64,000 nucleotides of DNA from Mobula hypostoma (GCF_963921235.1 NC_086109.1:8496001-8560000), one strand, 5' to 3'; numbered from the stretch's first letter, positions 23,931 through 36,945 are shown. Translations and numbers: made by a program. The notes: generated from the letters alone by a model not told the origin.

Positions 23931-24964
23931 GACTATTGTGGCCACTGTGAATAGGTTAGGTTTACACTAACCTAACCTCAGATACAATCATGTGACCAAA
24001 CAACCTAGCAACCTGTACGTCTTTGGGAGGAAACTAGAGCACCTGGAGGAAACGCGCATGGTCACAGGGAAAATGTACTCCTTATAGATAGTGGTTGGCA
24101 TTGAACCCCAATCGCTGACACTCGAAAGCATTGTACGAGGCACTATGCTACCGTGCCACCCAAGAGAAATAGGTTAACTGGAGCGAGGAAAGTGAAACTC
24201 GTCAGCTGAAGATTGGGTACAGGAACGGATTCGAAAGTGGCCCAGTGACATTTCTCCATCTCCAACTGCAGGAAGGGAGGCAGAAAGTAACCTTTTTTTT
24301 CATGGAAAATGCAGCCAATTGCATTGGGAAGGAGGTACAGGACCCTTAGGTCCCACAGCACCAGGTTCAGGAGCAGTTATTACCTTTCAATCACCTGGCT
24401 CCCGAACCAAGCTGGACAACTTCGCTCACCTCAACACTGAACTGATTCCACAACCTAAAGACTCAGAATCACTTTCAAAGGCTCTACAACCCATGTTCTT
24501 AATATTAATTATTACTTTTTTTTGCAATTGCACAGTTTGTCTTATGCACACTGTTTGTCAGTCTTTGTGAGTAGTTTTGCATTGACCCTATTGTATTTGC
24601 ATCTATTGTGAATGCCCGCAAGAAAATGATTCCCATATGGAGACATATATGTACTTTGATAATAAATTTAGCTTGCACTTCTTCCTTAGCATGACCTCAT
24701 TCAAACACTAAACATATTGTGTCACCAATATGCCAAAAATGTGGATCACAATAAAGAACATGGAACATTACAGTACGTTTCAGCCCCTTTGGCCCACAAT
24801 GTTGTGCCAGCCTTTTAACTTACTCTACGATCAAACTAATTCTTGTCTCCTTCGTAGCCTTCAAGTTTTCTATCATCCATGTGCCTAGCTAAGAATTTTT
24901 TAAATGTCCCGAACGTGTCTGCTTCTAGCACCACCCCAGCAGTGCATTCCATAAACACACACAC

Positions 24965-25480
24965 AGCGGGTTAGCTGCCGGGGGTTGTGTGCCCGGAGAG
25001 CTACGTCTTTTTGGTGCCGACTCTCCAGACGCAGAGCTCAGAAAAAGCGACGCAACAGACTTTTAACGCCGTAAGTCATCAAGTTGTTTGTTACGTCTCC
25101 CCTCTTGTGAAACGGGGACACCTCTTTTTCCCTTATTAGAGAGAGAGAGAGCTTGTGGTATGTTGAATTATTGGGTGAACAAGTAGTCTTTGGGGTACTG
25201 CAAGTCTGTGTCTTTATTGATACTTTGCTCCACACTTGAGTGCTCGGTGGGGGGTGCTGATGCATTTTGCTGGTGGGGGTGGGGTGTGTGGATGTTGCCT
25301 TGTTGCTGCTTGTGAGTGGGAGGGGGAGTTGGGGTTCTAATGTTTTAACTCTCATTCATTCTTTGGGGCACTCCTCTGTTTTCGTGGATGTCTGCGAAGA
25401 AAAAGAATTTCAGGATGTACAAACGTGTAGATTGTATACATGTCTCTGACATTAAATGCACCTATTGAAACTTTTTGAAA
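24965..25480 (+). mobile_element. Unclassified retroposon inserted into a CR1 tail
   Basis: CR1 sequence (24755-24955) resumes at 25481; insert ends with a Rex1-like tail ...tctctgacattaaa...ttgaa. Confidence 0.5.
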
Positions 25481-26516
25481 CACCACTCTCTGTGTAATAA
25501 ACTTATCTATTTATTTATAGATGTATTTGTTTATGTATTTATTTACTTGTTTGCTTATTGTATTTGCAGTTTGTCTTCTTTTGCATATTGGTTGTTTGCC
25601 AGGCGTAGTGTTTAGTTGTTCATTCATTCTATTGCATTTCTTCGTTCTACCCTAAATGCCTTCTAGAAAATGAATCTCAGGGCAGTATATGGTGACAAAT
25701 AGACATTTCGATAATAAATTTACTTTGAACTTTGAACTTTAATAAGAAGCAGGCATGGAAAAGGTCAGAATATCATTCCCATGTTACTCTGGCGCAGTGA
25801 GTGACACTCTTGAGAAAGTTTTGAACTTAAGACGGAGAACAAAAGAAGACGAGTGAGAGACCTCTAGTCTGGAACTCTGGCAACATGCTGTGAAGCCGTT
25901 TCATGGCCAGGGATACAGCTTTTTGTTAAAGTGTTAGCGGTGACTTTATTTCAGTGTATAGAATCATCAGGGGTATAGATAGGCTAAATGCATGCAGCCT
26001 TTTGCCCCAGGGTGGGGGAATCAAGAACTAGAGGGCATCAGAGAGGGGAGAGGCTTAATAGGTCAACTTTTTCCCTCAGAGGTATCTCATATATGGGATG
26101 GAAAGAGCTTTATTTGCAAGGTGCACCTTGAAACGTGCAGTAAAATGCACTACTAGTGTCTACGACTAACAGAGTCCGAACATGCGCTGGGGATGACCCG
26201 CAAACGTTGTCACGCTTCCAGCGTCAACGTAGCATATCCACAACTTACTAACGCTAACCCCTGGGGGAGGTACAGGGCAGAAGCCGAACGAATCTGATAG
26301 GAGAGGTGAGTGGACCACGGGAGAAAGGGATGGAGGAGGGCCACCAGAGTGAGTTGATGGGCAGGTGAGGGGAAGAGAGGAGCACTGTTCCCTCTAACCT
26401 GCACGGGGTGCATGGCTGCCCGGACATGTGCCCCTGCTTGCCAACCGCTCACCCTTGGGCACCGCCCAGAGTATATACACTCAGTCACCACTTTATAAAG
26501 TGGCCACTGATGTATT

Positions 26517-26893
26517 TGGGTGGTGGGGTGGAGATACGTCTCTATCAAAGGAGGTGTAAGGTGCTCTTTCCCTCCGCTAGCCTGCAGGTCGCCCTTGGGC
26601 AAGATGTAGCACCTGTTTAGCCCCCTGATCAGGGTCACGTGAACCCATGGGAGCAGGTGGTGGATGGTCGTATGAGCAGCCGGTGCAGATCACAAGTCCT
26701 GGTTATGTGACCACTGACACCAGACAGACAATCTCTGAACAGTATTGATAATGGCTGGGGTCACCCATCTTGTAAAGACACTGCCCAGCAGAAGGCAATA
26801 GCAAACCTCTTCTGTTGAAAAATTTACCAAGAATAACCATGGTCATGACCATGATCGGCCATGTCAGACGACAGAGCACATGATGACGATGAT
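26517..26893 (+). mobile_element. About 380-bp retroposon with BovB/RTE-like 3' tail, nested in a Tc1 MITE (about 26475-27190)
   Basis: 3' gaaggcaatagcaaacc...aagaa and (gat)n tail; siblings at about 35449-35770 (-) and 52091-52530 (-). Confidence 0.7.
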
Positions 26894-27394
26894 GGTGACT
26901 GAGTGTGTGTTCATGATCTCCTGCTGTTGTAGCCTATCCACTTCAAGGTTTGACGTGTTGTGCATTCAGAGATGATCTTCTGTACACCACTGTTGTCACC
27001 TTCCTGTCAGCTTGAATCAGTCCGGCCATTCTCCTCTGACCTCTCTCATTAACAAGTCACTTTTGTCTACAGAACTGCCGCTTACTGTATGGTTTTTGTA
27101 TTTTGCACCATTCTCTGTAAACTCTGGAGACTGTAGCGCGTGGAAAATCCCAGGAGATCAGCAGTTTCTGAGATACCCAAACCACCCCAGATCAAGGGGT
27201 AAAGGATCATCTATAGGAAAGATCTGTGTGCATTTCTAGTCATCTAATTACTGGAAAGGTATCAATAGGATTGAAAGATTGCTGAGAAACTATACACGAA
27301 TTTGCCGGGGCTTGAGGACCTGATGGCCGGCTGGTGGCGTAGTGGCATCAGCGCCAGACTTCGGAGTGAAAGCTCCTGAGTTCGAATCCAGCCG

Positions 27395-27880
27395 CTTCCC
27401 ATTCCCATTCAGATATGTCCATACATGGCCTCCTCTACTGCCATGATGAGGCTAAACTCAGGTTGGAGGAGCAACACCTCATATACCGTCTAGGTAGTCT
27501 CCAGCCCCTTGATATGAACATAGAATTCTCCAACTTCCGGTAATTCCCTCCCCCTCCCTTCCTCTATCCCTATTTCACTCTGCCCCCTCCCCCAGCTGCC
27601 TATCACCTCCCTCATGGTTCTGCCTCCTTCTTCTGCTACCCATTGTTTTCCTGCCTATGACGTCCCTGCTTCCCCTCCCCCACCCCTTTGTCTTTCAAAT
27701 TACTGGTGAACCTACCAACCTTTTTCCAACCCTCCCCCACCTTCTTTCTTCAGTCCTGACGAAGAGTTCCGGCCCGAAACGTCGACTCATCGTTTCCACT
27801 GATGCTGCCCGACCTGCTGAGTTCCTCCAGCCTGTTGTGAGTGTTGCTTTGATCCCAGCATCTGCAGATTATTTCGTGTT
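27395..27880 (+). mobile_element. Penelope-like 3' end
   Basis: SHSDMSIHGLLYC...LRLEEQHLIYRLGSLQP remnant, UTR, hammerhead and tail. Confidence 0.88.
27752..27787 (+). ncRNA. Minimal hammerhead ribozyme motif
   Basis: AGTC-CTGACGA-agagttccggccc-GAAAC-GTC-GACT; core intact, stem II has a mismatch. Confidence 0.65.
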
Positions 27881-28405
27881 AACCTGGTATGGAAGTTGTC
27901 CTGTCCAAGACTGAAAGAAGCTGCAGAAGATCGTGAACACGGCGCAGCACATCACACAAACCAATCTTCCGTCTGTGGACTCACTTTACACAGCACGCTG
28001 TCGGAGCAGTGCTACCAAGATAATCAAGGACACGACCCACCCAGCCAACACACTTGTTGTCCCTCTTCCCTCCAGGAGAAGGCTCAGGAGCTTGAAGACT
28101 CGTATGGCCAGATTTGGGAACAGCTTCTTTCCAACTGTGATAAGACTGCTGAACGGATCCTGACCCGGATCTGGGCCGTACCCTCCAAATATCCGGACCT
28201 GCATCTCGGTTTTTTTGCACTACCTTACTTTCCATTTTTCTATTTTCTACTTATGATTTATAATTTAAATTTTTAATATGTATTAATCTTTACTATTTTT
28301 AATATTTGTAATCCAGGGAGTGGGAAGTGCAGAATCAAATATTGTTGTGATGATTGTACATTCTAGTATCAATTGTTTGGCGACAATAAAGTATAAAGTA
28401 TAAAG
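27881..28405 (+). mobile_element. Rex1/Babar-like LINE 3' end
   Basis: ORF 27933..28163 (KIIKDTTHP...LPSRRRLRSLKTR...NSFFP); (aaagtat)n tail. Confidence 0.85.
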
Positions 28406-28579
28406 ATTAGGCTACGGTTAAAAAGGTGCGTTGCTGGGTGGCGTGGCTCGTTGGGCCAGAATGGTCTGTTCTGTGCTGTGTCTCTGACTAAAAGATAAAT
28501 AATTAGCTAATGGCATGGTATGAGCTCTTCACCGCTGTTCATGTGTTTTGATACCTAAAACATTCAAGGTTTCTGAAAC

Positions 28580-28927
28580 AAACCAACAAAAACACCCCCT
28601 CAGAATTGGAAGTGGCCGACTAGACCTTCAAAGAATTCACTTTGCTTATTATGAGAAAACAATTGATAATGCGTACGTGTTAGTCAAAATGGATGAGGGT
28701 GAAATGTGTTAAGATTCTGTACCACAAATGAGTGTACTATTGCTGAGGTGATATTCATTTTCTCATCATTATGCCTTACCAGAAGACGTGGTCGCTGATA
28801 ATGGTCGTCAGCTTTAACCATTTCCATTTGAATGCCTAACGAAACAAACCAGAACACAATCATTTCACCAAACCAGCCAGCGTCAAATAGTGCAGCAAGA
28901 GTTGTTAACGAAGCTCTGAAGGAACAG
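28580..28927 (+). pseudogene. Gypsy/Ty3-type integrase relic
   Basis: Frameshifted motifs WKWPTRP / QRIH / YALPEDVVADNGRQL / SPNQPASNSAA match the Gypsy integrase pattern WxWPxxPWxRIH, GLPExxVSDNGPQF, PYHPASNGxAE. Confidence 0.65.
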
Positions 28928-29009
28928 AGTGCAACTCAGCAGGCCAGGCAGCGTCTACAGAGAGGAATTAGCAAAAGGGTCTCGGCCCGAAACGTCAAGC
29001 AATTGGGAC

Positions 29010-29550
29010 AACACACGCCCACAAAATGCTGGAGGGGCTCAGCACATCAAGCAGCATCTATGGAGGAGAAAAAACAGTCAATGTTTTGGGATCCTTCATC
29101 AGGACTGGAAAGGAAGGGAGAAGAAGCCAGAATAAGAAGGTGGGGGCGGGGGTGGAGCAAACAGAAGGCGTGCAAGCTGGCAGACGGTGGAAAAATAAAT
29201 ATCGATTTCTCCTTCTGGTAAAAATGAATATTAATTTCTCTTTCCGGTTAAAAAAAAATTCCCTCCACCTCCTCTCTTCTTCTATTCTCCACTTTGGCCT
29301 CTTTCATCTTCTCACCTGCATTTCACTTCCCCCTGAGTATCCTCCTCCAGCCCTTTCTGGTGTGGTGCACTCTCCTCCCCCTTCAGATTCCTTCCTCTAC
29401 AGCACGTTATCCTTCTTCCCCTTCCCCCACCCACACCTCTGGCGTCATCCCCCTTCCTTTCCAGTCCTGACGAAACGTCAGCTGTCTACTCTTTTCCATA
29501 GATGCTGCCAGACCTGCTGAGTTCCTCCAGCGTTTTGCATGTATTGCAGG
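29010..29550. mobile_element. Inverted Penelope 3'-end dimer (old)
   Basis: Minus arm about 29010-29190, plus arm about 29200-29550. Confidence 0.7.
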
Positions 29551-30784
29551 CGATAGATGACACCAGGTGAGAGGAGATGAATTGAGAAGCTCAGAGCGGA
29601 TAGATTTAAGACGTAAACAGCTGAAAATGTTTGCAGCTTACCATAATATTATCATATTATTAACAATCAGCCCTGACAAAAGGTCTCAGCCCGAACTGTC
29701 AACTGTTTATTCCCCTCCATAGACACAGCCTGGCCTGCCGAGTTCCTCCAGTAGTTTGTGCGCATTGCTCTGGATTTCCAATATCTGCAGAATCCCTTGT
29801 GACTTTAAAGGCGTAAGTACTCCTGGGGCAATGCACATCAGTTAGGAACGATTTTTCAAAGTGACAAAATGACCACACTCTCTAATGTTCTGCTCCTAAT
29901 GCAGTTTAATATGTAGAAGTCTCAGAACTGAACGAGATTAGTTCAGCTAAAATTTGGAAGGAGAGGCAGCTGAAAAAAATTCAGAGCGACGTCACAATCC
30001 AAGGAGGGACAAGTTTACCAAAACTAGATCTAGCCTGTGAGTGAAGTGTATCCAGGAAACATGGCATTTTCAAATGTGACATTGAAGAGTATATATCTAT
30101 ATGATTGGTAATTACTTACTGCCCGTTATGCCCCTGGCGTTTAGGGCAGCAATGAAGGTCCTCTGTCTCCAGTGGTGTTCGGGGCCAGTCAGCATCTATG
30201 GAGAGAGGAATAAACAGTTGAGGTTTCGGGCTGAGAAATTGTCTCTTTCTCTCTCAACAAGCAGATGCTTTGCTGTTGGAGCATCACAAATCTCACAAAG
30301 TTCAAAGAAACTTCAAAAACCTCTACAGAGGTTACATTGGTAAATGTGTGAATCACTCTTTCTTCTCAGAAAGGGGAAAACAGTCAGTGTTGCTAAATAT
30401 GTAACCATGGCTTGTGCACGCAGGATCGCTGGAGAGAGGATAGCACGACATCATGGGCCGAAGGACCTGTACTGTGTTCTATGTTCGCAGATAGAATAAC
30501 CAGATACTCCTGGTTTCATAATGCTTGTTCTGTTCTTGACACTACGTACCATGAGAATATAAACCCACACATCAGAGCTGAGAGATGTGGTCAGTACATT
30601 GCTGGTGCTGTATGCAGAGAAGCAGAGGTATGGACCAAGTGCAGGCAGAGCTGATTAGGAGTCATTAGCTTTATTAGCTTGGGAGAGCGTCATGGGCGCT
30701 CTTGCACTGAACTGTTCTGCAGAACGTTCTATCTTCTCTTTTCACTCTGAGAATCGCTTCCTTTCAGTGTTTTCAGAACCAGCT

Positions 30785-31710
30785 TTCCTATCACCGGCAT
30801 ATGTCAGGAAACATGTTGACCTTGGGGCAGCGGTACAATGCAATACATCATAATAGAGAAAAAATTGAGAATTACACTAAGGTTAAAGGTTAAATTAAAT
30901 AAGTGGTGCAAAATTGGAAATTTAAAAAAGTAGTGAGGTAGTGTTCTTGGGTTCAATGTCCATTCAGGAATCGGATGGCAGAGGGGAAGAAGCTGTTCCT
31001 GAATCACTGAGTGTGGGTCTTCAGGCTCCTGTACCTCCTCCCTGATGGTAGCAATGAGAATTAGGCATGATCTGGGTGATGGGGTTCCTTAACGATGGGG
31101 CCACCTTCTTGAGGCATCGCTCCTTGAAGGTGTCCTGGATACTATGGAAGCTAGAACTCATGATGGGGCTGACTAAGTTTACAACTTTCTGCAGCTTATT
31201 TCAATCCCGTGCAGTAGCTAATCCCCCCACCCCCATACCAGAGAGTGTTGCAGCGAACGAGAATGTTCGCCACACTACCTCTGTAGAAATACACGAGTGT
31301 ATTTGGTGACATACCAAATCTTCTGAAACTTCGAATGAGATATAGGCACTGTCATACCTTCTTTGTAGCTGCACTCATATGTTGGGTCCGGGTTAGACCC
31401 TCAGAGATATTGACACCCAGAAACTGAAATTGCTCACTCTTTGCACTTCTGATCTCTCTGTGAGGACTGGCACGCGTTCCCTTGTCTTACCCTTTCTGAA
31501 ACCTACAATCAGCTCTTTGGTCCTAATAATGTTGAGTGCAAGGTTGTTGCGATGGCATCACCCAACGAGCTGATATAGCTCACTCTCGTACACCCTCTCG
31601 GCACCGTCTGAAATTCTGCCAACAGTGGTTGTATTGTCAGCAAATTTATAGGTGGCACTTGATCTGTGCCTAGCCACAAAGTCATGGGTGTAGAGAGAGT
31701 AGAGCAGTTA
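30785..31710 (-). mobile_element. Rex1/Babar-like LINE 3' fragment including the RT end
   Basis: Minus strand reads YKFADNTTTVG near 31620-31650; family 3' UTR. Confidence 0.8.
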
Positions 31711-33175
31711 AAACCAATGAAGACTCTTAATACAGATAATTAATTCAAAGTTCAAACTAAAGTTATTATCAAAGTACAATATACTACCCTGAGATTCATT
31801 TTCTTGCAGGCATTCACAATAGAACAAAGAAATACAATTGAATCAGTGAGAGACTATGCACAAAAACCCATCTTCAGCTGTACTAATGAAAATATAAAAT
31901 ATCATTACTTGTAAAGAATACCTTTTAGTCAAAAGGAACCAAAATAAATTTATAAGTGACTGTTTGACTGTTTGAAGAGCGCACATTTGCAATTATGCTA
32001 ACCAATTTCGAAAGCTGACCTGTACAATGTCAAATAGCTTCAAAGCTGCCTGATATTAAAGTGAAAACTGAATGAAGATATGGAAAGAAGACAGGTAAAG
32101 AAAGAATGAGCACTCTTCGCAGGCCAGAAATAGTTGCTACAAAATAGTCAGATTACTCTGATTTGTTTTCAAGTACATCTTAGTAAACAAGGAAAATCAA
32201 AGAGAAAGTAATTGGCTTTTCTTTAGAAATTGACAATGGAAAACAATTGTTATAAAACCACACCAATGGAGAGAGATCGTTAAAGAGCAAAGATCCTGTG
32301 AGTTGTTTTGCAAATGAAACACAAACTTTAAGCTTGTGAGTAGATATTTAAAGTTTTCCTTTACATTTTGAGCCAATCGTTGTTTTCAGTACTGTGCACA
32401 CAAGTTAAATCATGCTAACAAAAAGGACACATCTTGCAAGCAGACAGAGATGTCAATTAATAGCACATTCAAAATTATCTTTTTAAATCCAGGAGATTCA
32501 ATTTAGGGAACTCCCAAAGAGGTCCTTGCTTTTGACCTGCTAATTAAGGACTGCAATAATCCTGATCTGCTATATTGATTCACCCCAAAAGTACTTTAAA
32601 ACATTCTAAGGTGCATCTGTTAGCACAGAAGTTGCAGTTGAATTGAACAATATGGAAAGTCCAGATACTATTGCACAACTGAGGATATGACAAAAGGTTT
32701 CCAATAGATTTCTCTATTCCTGAAACCAAATGCTACTTGTGTGGGGATGGTGCAGCATTTGAAGTCATTTGGACTCTAGCATCCAGGCCAGTGCTTGACC
32801 TTTCTGTTGCTAATAGATTACAGGCCTGCCCAGTAACCCTGACCTTTGCAATGCCACACTGCTTAACGTCTGCGGCACCGACACGAGCTGAAAGTGATCT
32901 ATGCGGATGGTGTACAGTGTCTGAGTTAAATGAACCCAGGGGAGATGTCAAAGTCCAGTCAGACAGAGATGGGAGATAGGAGAACCCTGATTTCTTTTTT
33001 TTTTGTTCATGAATTGAAAGGAATTTACTTAAAAATGCTGTCCTTGAACTCTGAGCAGTTAATTCCCCCAAGTGTCTTTTCCAACACAACAAGCCAATCC
33101 TTAATCAGTTCCAGCGAGATGCAATATTTTCATTCAGTTTTGAGATGTGTACATTACTAACAAGGCCAGCATTTA

Positions 33176-33657
33176 CACTGAGTGGCCGCTTTATTGGGTA
33201 CCTCCTATGCCTGATAAAGTGGTCACTGAGTCTATGTTCGTGCTCTTCTGCCCCTGTAGCCCATCCACTTCAAGGTTCGATGTGTTGTGCATTAGAGATG
33301 CTCTTCTGCACGTCACTGTTGTAACGCACGGTTATTTGAGATACTGTCAGCCTGAACCAGTCTGGTTCAAGAACAGAACTGTCGCTCACTGTATGTTTTT
33401 TGGTTTTTGCACCATTCTCTGAGAACTCAATAGACTGTCGTGTGTGAAGAAATCAGCAGCTTTTGAGATACTCAAACCACCCCATCTGGCATCAACAACC
33501 ATTCCATGGTCAAAGTCACTTTGATCATATTTCTTCCCCATTGTGATGATTGGTCTGAACAACAAATGAACCTCTTGAATATGTCTGCCTCATGATAGGC
33601 TGATTAGATATTTGCATTAATGATATTAGATATTTGCAATAAAGTGGCTAATGAGTG
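33176..33657. mobile_element. Tc1-derived non-autonomous element
   Basis: TIRs cactgagtggccgctttatt / aataaagtggctaatgagtg, flanked by TA. Confidence 0.8.
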
Positions 33658-33744
33658 TATTCCCCAATTGCCCTGAGAAAATAGGGCATCAACTTCTTCA
33701 ACTGCTGCAATCCTTCTGGTGAAGGTGATATTGGGGAGAGAGTC

Positions 33745-35175
33745 CCTGCTGATCTCCTTCTTGGCACTTACCCCTGCAAGCAGGGCAAGTGCTACACTTG
33801 CCCCTACACCTCCTCGCTCACCATCACTCAAGGCCCTAGACAGTTCTTACAGGTGAAGCAACACTTCGAGATCGGTGGGATCACATCATCAAGCACCTTC
33901 ACTCTGTCTGCCACAAAAGGCAGGATCTGCTATTTCAATTTGACTTCCATTCCCATTCCAACATGTCAGCCTGTGGCTTCCTGTGCTGCTGGGGTTCCCA
34001 ACCTTTTTTATGCCATGGACCAATACCATCAAGCAAGGGCTCCGTGGACTCCAGGTTGGGAACATCTGTTGTACTGCCATAAAGAAGCCAATCACAGGTT
34101 GGAGGAGTTGGGGTAGTTCAAAGTTCAAAGTAAATTTATTATCAAAGTATGTATATGCCAGCATATACTGCATTGAGTTTAATTTTGGTTGATTCATTTC
34201 AAGGATAGCCTCCAACCCGATGGCATGAACATCGAATTCTCCAACTTCCAGTGATTTCTCCGTCCTTCATCCTTCTCCCTTTTTCCAGTTCCCATTCAAG
34301 TTCCCCTCACACCCCTTGTCCTCTCCTCACCTTACCATCACCTCCCTCCGGTTCCCCTCCTCCTTCCCTCTCTCCCATGTTCTATTGTCCTCGTCTATGA
34401 GATTCCTTCTTCAGCCCTTTACCTCTTCCACCTATCCACTTCCAGCTTCTTAATTCAGCCCTCCCTCCCCCCACCCAGCCACCGTCCCCTCAACTGGGGT
34501 CATCTAACCCCTGCTAGCTTGTACTGCCTCCACTTCCCCTCCCCCTAACTTTTATTCTGACTTCTGCCCCCTTCCTTTCCAATCCTAATGAAAGGACTCC
34601 GCCTGAAACATCAACTGTTCATTCCCGTCCATAGATGCTGCCGATCTGCTGAGTTCCTCCAGCATTTCTATGTGTTGCATTTCATTACGCCATTCTCTGT
34701 ATTAGTCATATTACACGTGTCACTAATGCACAGAAATGGTTACTTTCTAAAATTACTTCCAGTAATTTCACCCCACTTCCCACTTCTTCATTTCCCCATT
34801 CTGCCTTCCATCTTATCTTTTCTCTTCCCCTCACCTACTTATTACTTCCCCCGGGTCCCCCCTACCTTCCCTGTCTCCCGTGGTCTACTCTCCTTTCCTA
34901 TCAGATTCCTTCTTCTCCAACCTTTTACCTTTTCCACCTGCTTCTCACTTTGTCCTAATTCCTCCAGCCACCTAGCTTCACCTATCTCCTTCTACCTTCC
35001 CTCCCACCCATCTTCTTATTCTGGCTTCTTTCCCTTTCCTTTCCAGTCCTGATGAGGGAACTTGGCCCAAAGCAACACTGCTTATTCCTCTCCATAGATG
35101 CTGCCTGACGTGCTGAGTACCTCCAGCATTTTGTGTGTTGCTCAAGATTTCGAACATCTGCAGAATCTCTTATCT
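33745..35175 (+). mobile_element. Two tandem old Penelope-like 3' segments
   Basis: GTYPCKQGKCYTC linker remnant; decayed hammerheads at about 34585 and 35045. Confidence 0.75.
33989..34068. mobile_element. 80-bp hAT (Charlie-like) MITE
   Basis: TIRs ctggggttcccaacc / ggttgggaacatctg; 8-bp flanks ctgtgctg / ttgtactg; sibling near 55360. Confidence 0.7.
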
Positions 35176-35229
35176 TGTGTGTGTGTGTGTGTGCGTGTGT
35201 GTGTGTGTGTGTGTGCGTGTGTGTGTGTG
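35176..35229. repeat. (TG)n microsatellite
   Basis: Directly visible. Confidence 0.97.
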
Positions 35230-35970
35230 GGGGGGGGTGGAATTCATGGATTTAGACCCAACAGCAATGAAGGAATTGCAATATACTTCCAAGACAGGAC
35301 ATCTGGATTAGAAGAGGGAATGTGTTACAAGGAGAGGTGGGACAGACTTGCATTGTTTCACTGGAGTGACAGAGGCTGAGGGAGATCTTGACAGAAATTT
35401 ATAAAATTGTGAGAGACAGAGATAGGGTAAATGATGAATCTCCCAGAGTCATCATCATTATATGCCACATTGTATGACATGGGTGATCATGGTCTATGAC
35501 CATGATTGTTCTTGGCAATTTTTTACTACTGAAGTGGTTTGCCATTACCTTCTTCTGGGCAGTGTCTTTACAAGATGGGTGACCCCAGCCATTACCAATA
35601 CTCTTCAGAGATTGTCTGCCTGGCATCAGTGGTCGCATAACCAGGATCTGTGATGTGCACCAGCTGCTCATATGATCATCCACCACCTGCTCCCATGACT
35701 TCACGTGACCCTGATCATGGGGCTAAGCAGATGCTACACCTCACCCAAGGGTGACCTGCAGGCTAGCACCTCACACCTTTGGTTGCTCCACCCCACCACC
35801 CACTCCCAGAGTAGAGCTTTCAGATACTAGGCAGCATAGGTTTAAGGCGAGAGGAGGAAAATTCAAGGGAAATGTGAGGAGAAAGTCTTTTACAGAGAGA
35901 GAGGTTGGTATTTGGAACTTACTGCTAGGGGTGGTGTTGGAAGCAGATACATGAATATGGAGGAAAATGG

Positions 35971-36496
35971 ATCATAGTCATAGTCATACTTTATTGATCC
36001 TGAGGGAAATTGGGTTTCGTTACAGTTGCACCAACCAAGAATAGGGTATAAATATAGCAATATAAAACCATAAATAATTAAATAATAATATGTAAATTAT
36101 GCCTGGAAATAAATCCAGGACCAGCCTATTGGCTCAGGGTGTCTGACCCTCCAAGGGAGGAGTTGTAAAGTTTGATGGCCACAGGCAGGAATGACTTCCT
36201 ATGATGCTCAGTGTTGCATCTCGGTGGAATGAGTCTCTGGCTGAATGTACTCCTGTGCCCAACCAATACATTATGTAGTGGATGGGAGACATTGTCCAAG
36301 ATGGCATGCAACTTGGACAGCATCCTCTTTTCAGACACCACCGTCAGAGAATCCAGTTCCATCCCCACAACATCACTGGCCTTACAAATGAGTTTGTTGA
36401 TTCTGTTGGTGTCTGCTACCCTCAGCCTGCTGCCCCAGCACACAACAGCAAACATAATAGCACTGGCCACCACAGACTCGCAGAACATCCTCAGCG
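35971..36496 (-). mobile_element. Rex1/Babar LINE 3' end (distinct subfamily)
   Basis: ORF 36126..36530 (SVVASAIMFAVVCWG...HPLH...RKSFLPVAIKLYN); (tatgac)n tail. Confidence 0.88.
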
Positions 36497-36675
36497 TCAT
36501 ATGCAGGCAGATGGGAATAACTTCATTCACATGTAAAAGGACAGAGCAGACATGATGGGCCGAAAGGCCTGTTCCTGTACTGTTCTATGTTCTGTACTTT
36601 GATGTCAGACAGGGGGAGGACACTGATTCACAACCTGTCAGTAAGGGCCTGTACAGTGTTGTAATATTTTCTGGG

Positions 36676-36945
36676 GAGGCACAGTGGTTAGTGTAACAAT
36701 TTCCGATATCAGTGACCCGGGTCCAGTTCCTGCCGCTGTCTGTAAGGAGTTTGTACGTTCTCCCCATGACCGCATGGGTTTCCTCCAAGTGCTCCGGTTT
36801 CCACCCACAGTCCAAAGATGTACAGGTTGGCATGTTAATTAGTCGTTGTAAATTGCCCCATTTTTAGGTTAGGGTCAAATCGGGGATTGCTGAGTGGTGC
36901 AGCTCGAATAGCCTATTGTTTGCTGTATCTCAATAAATAATTTGA
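36676..36945 (+). mobile_element. V-domain SINE
   Basis: V core gagtttgtacgttctccccatgaccgcatgggtttcctcc. Confidence 0.8.

Noticed and set aside
27325..27397. tRNA gene (plus strand)
   Set aside because: tRNA-like SINE head truncated by a Penelope insertion; the SINE tail reappears near 28406
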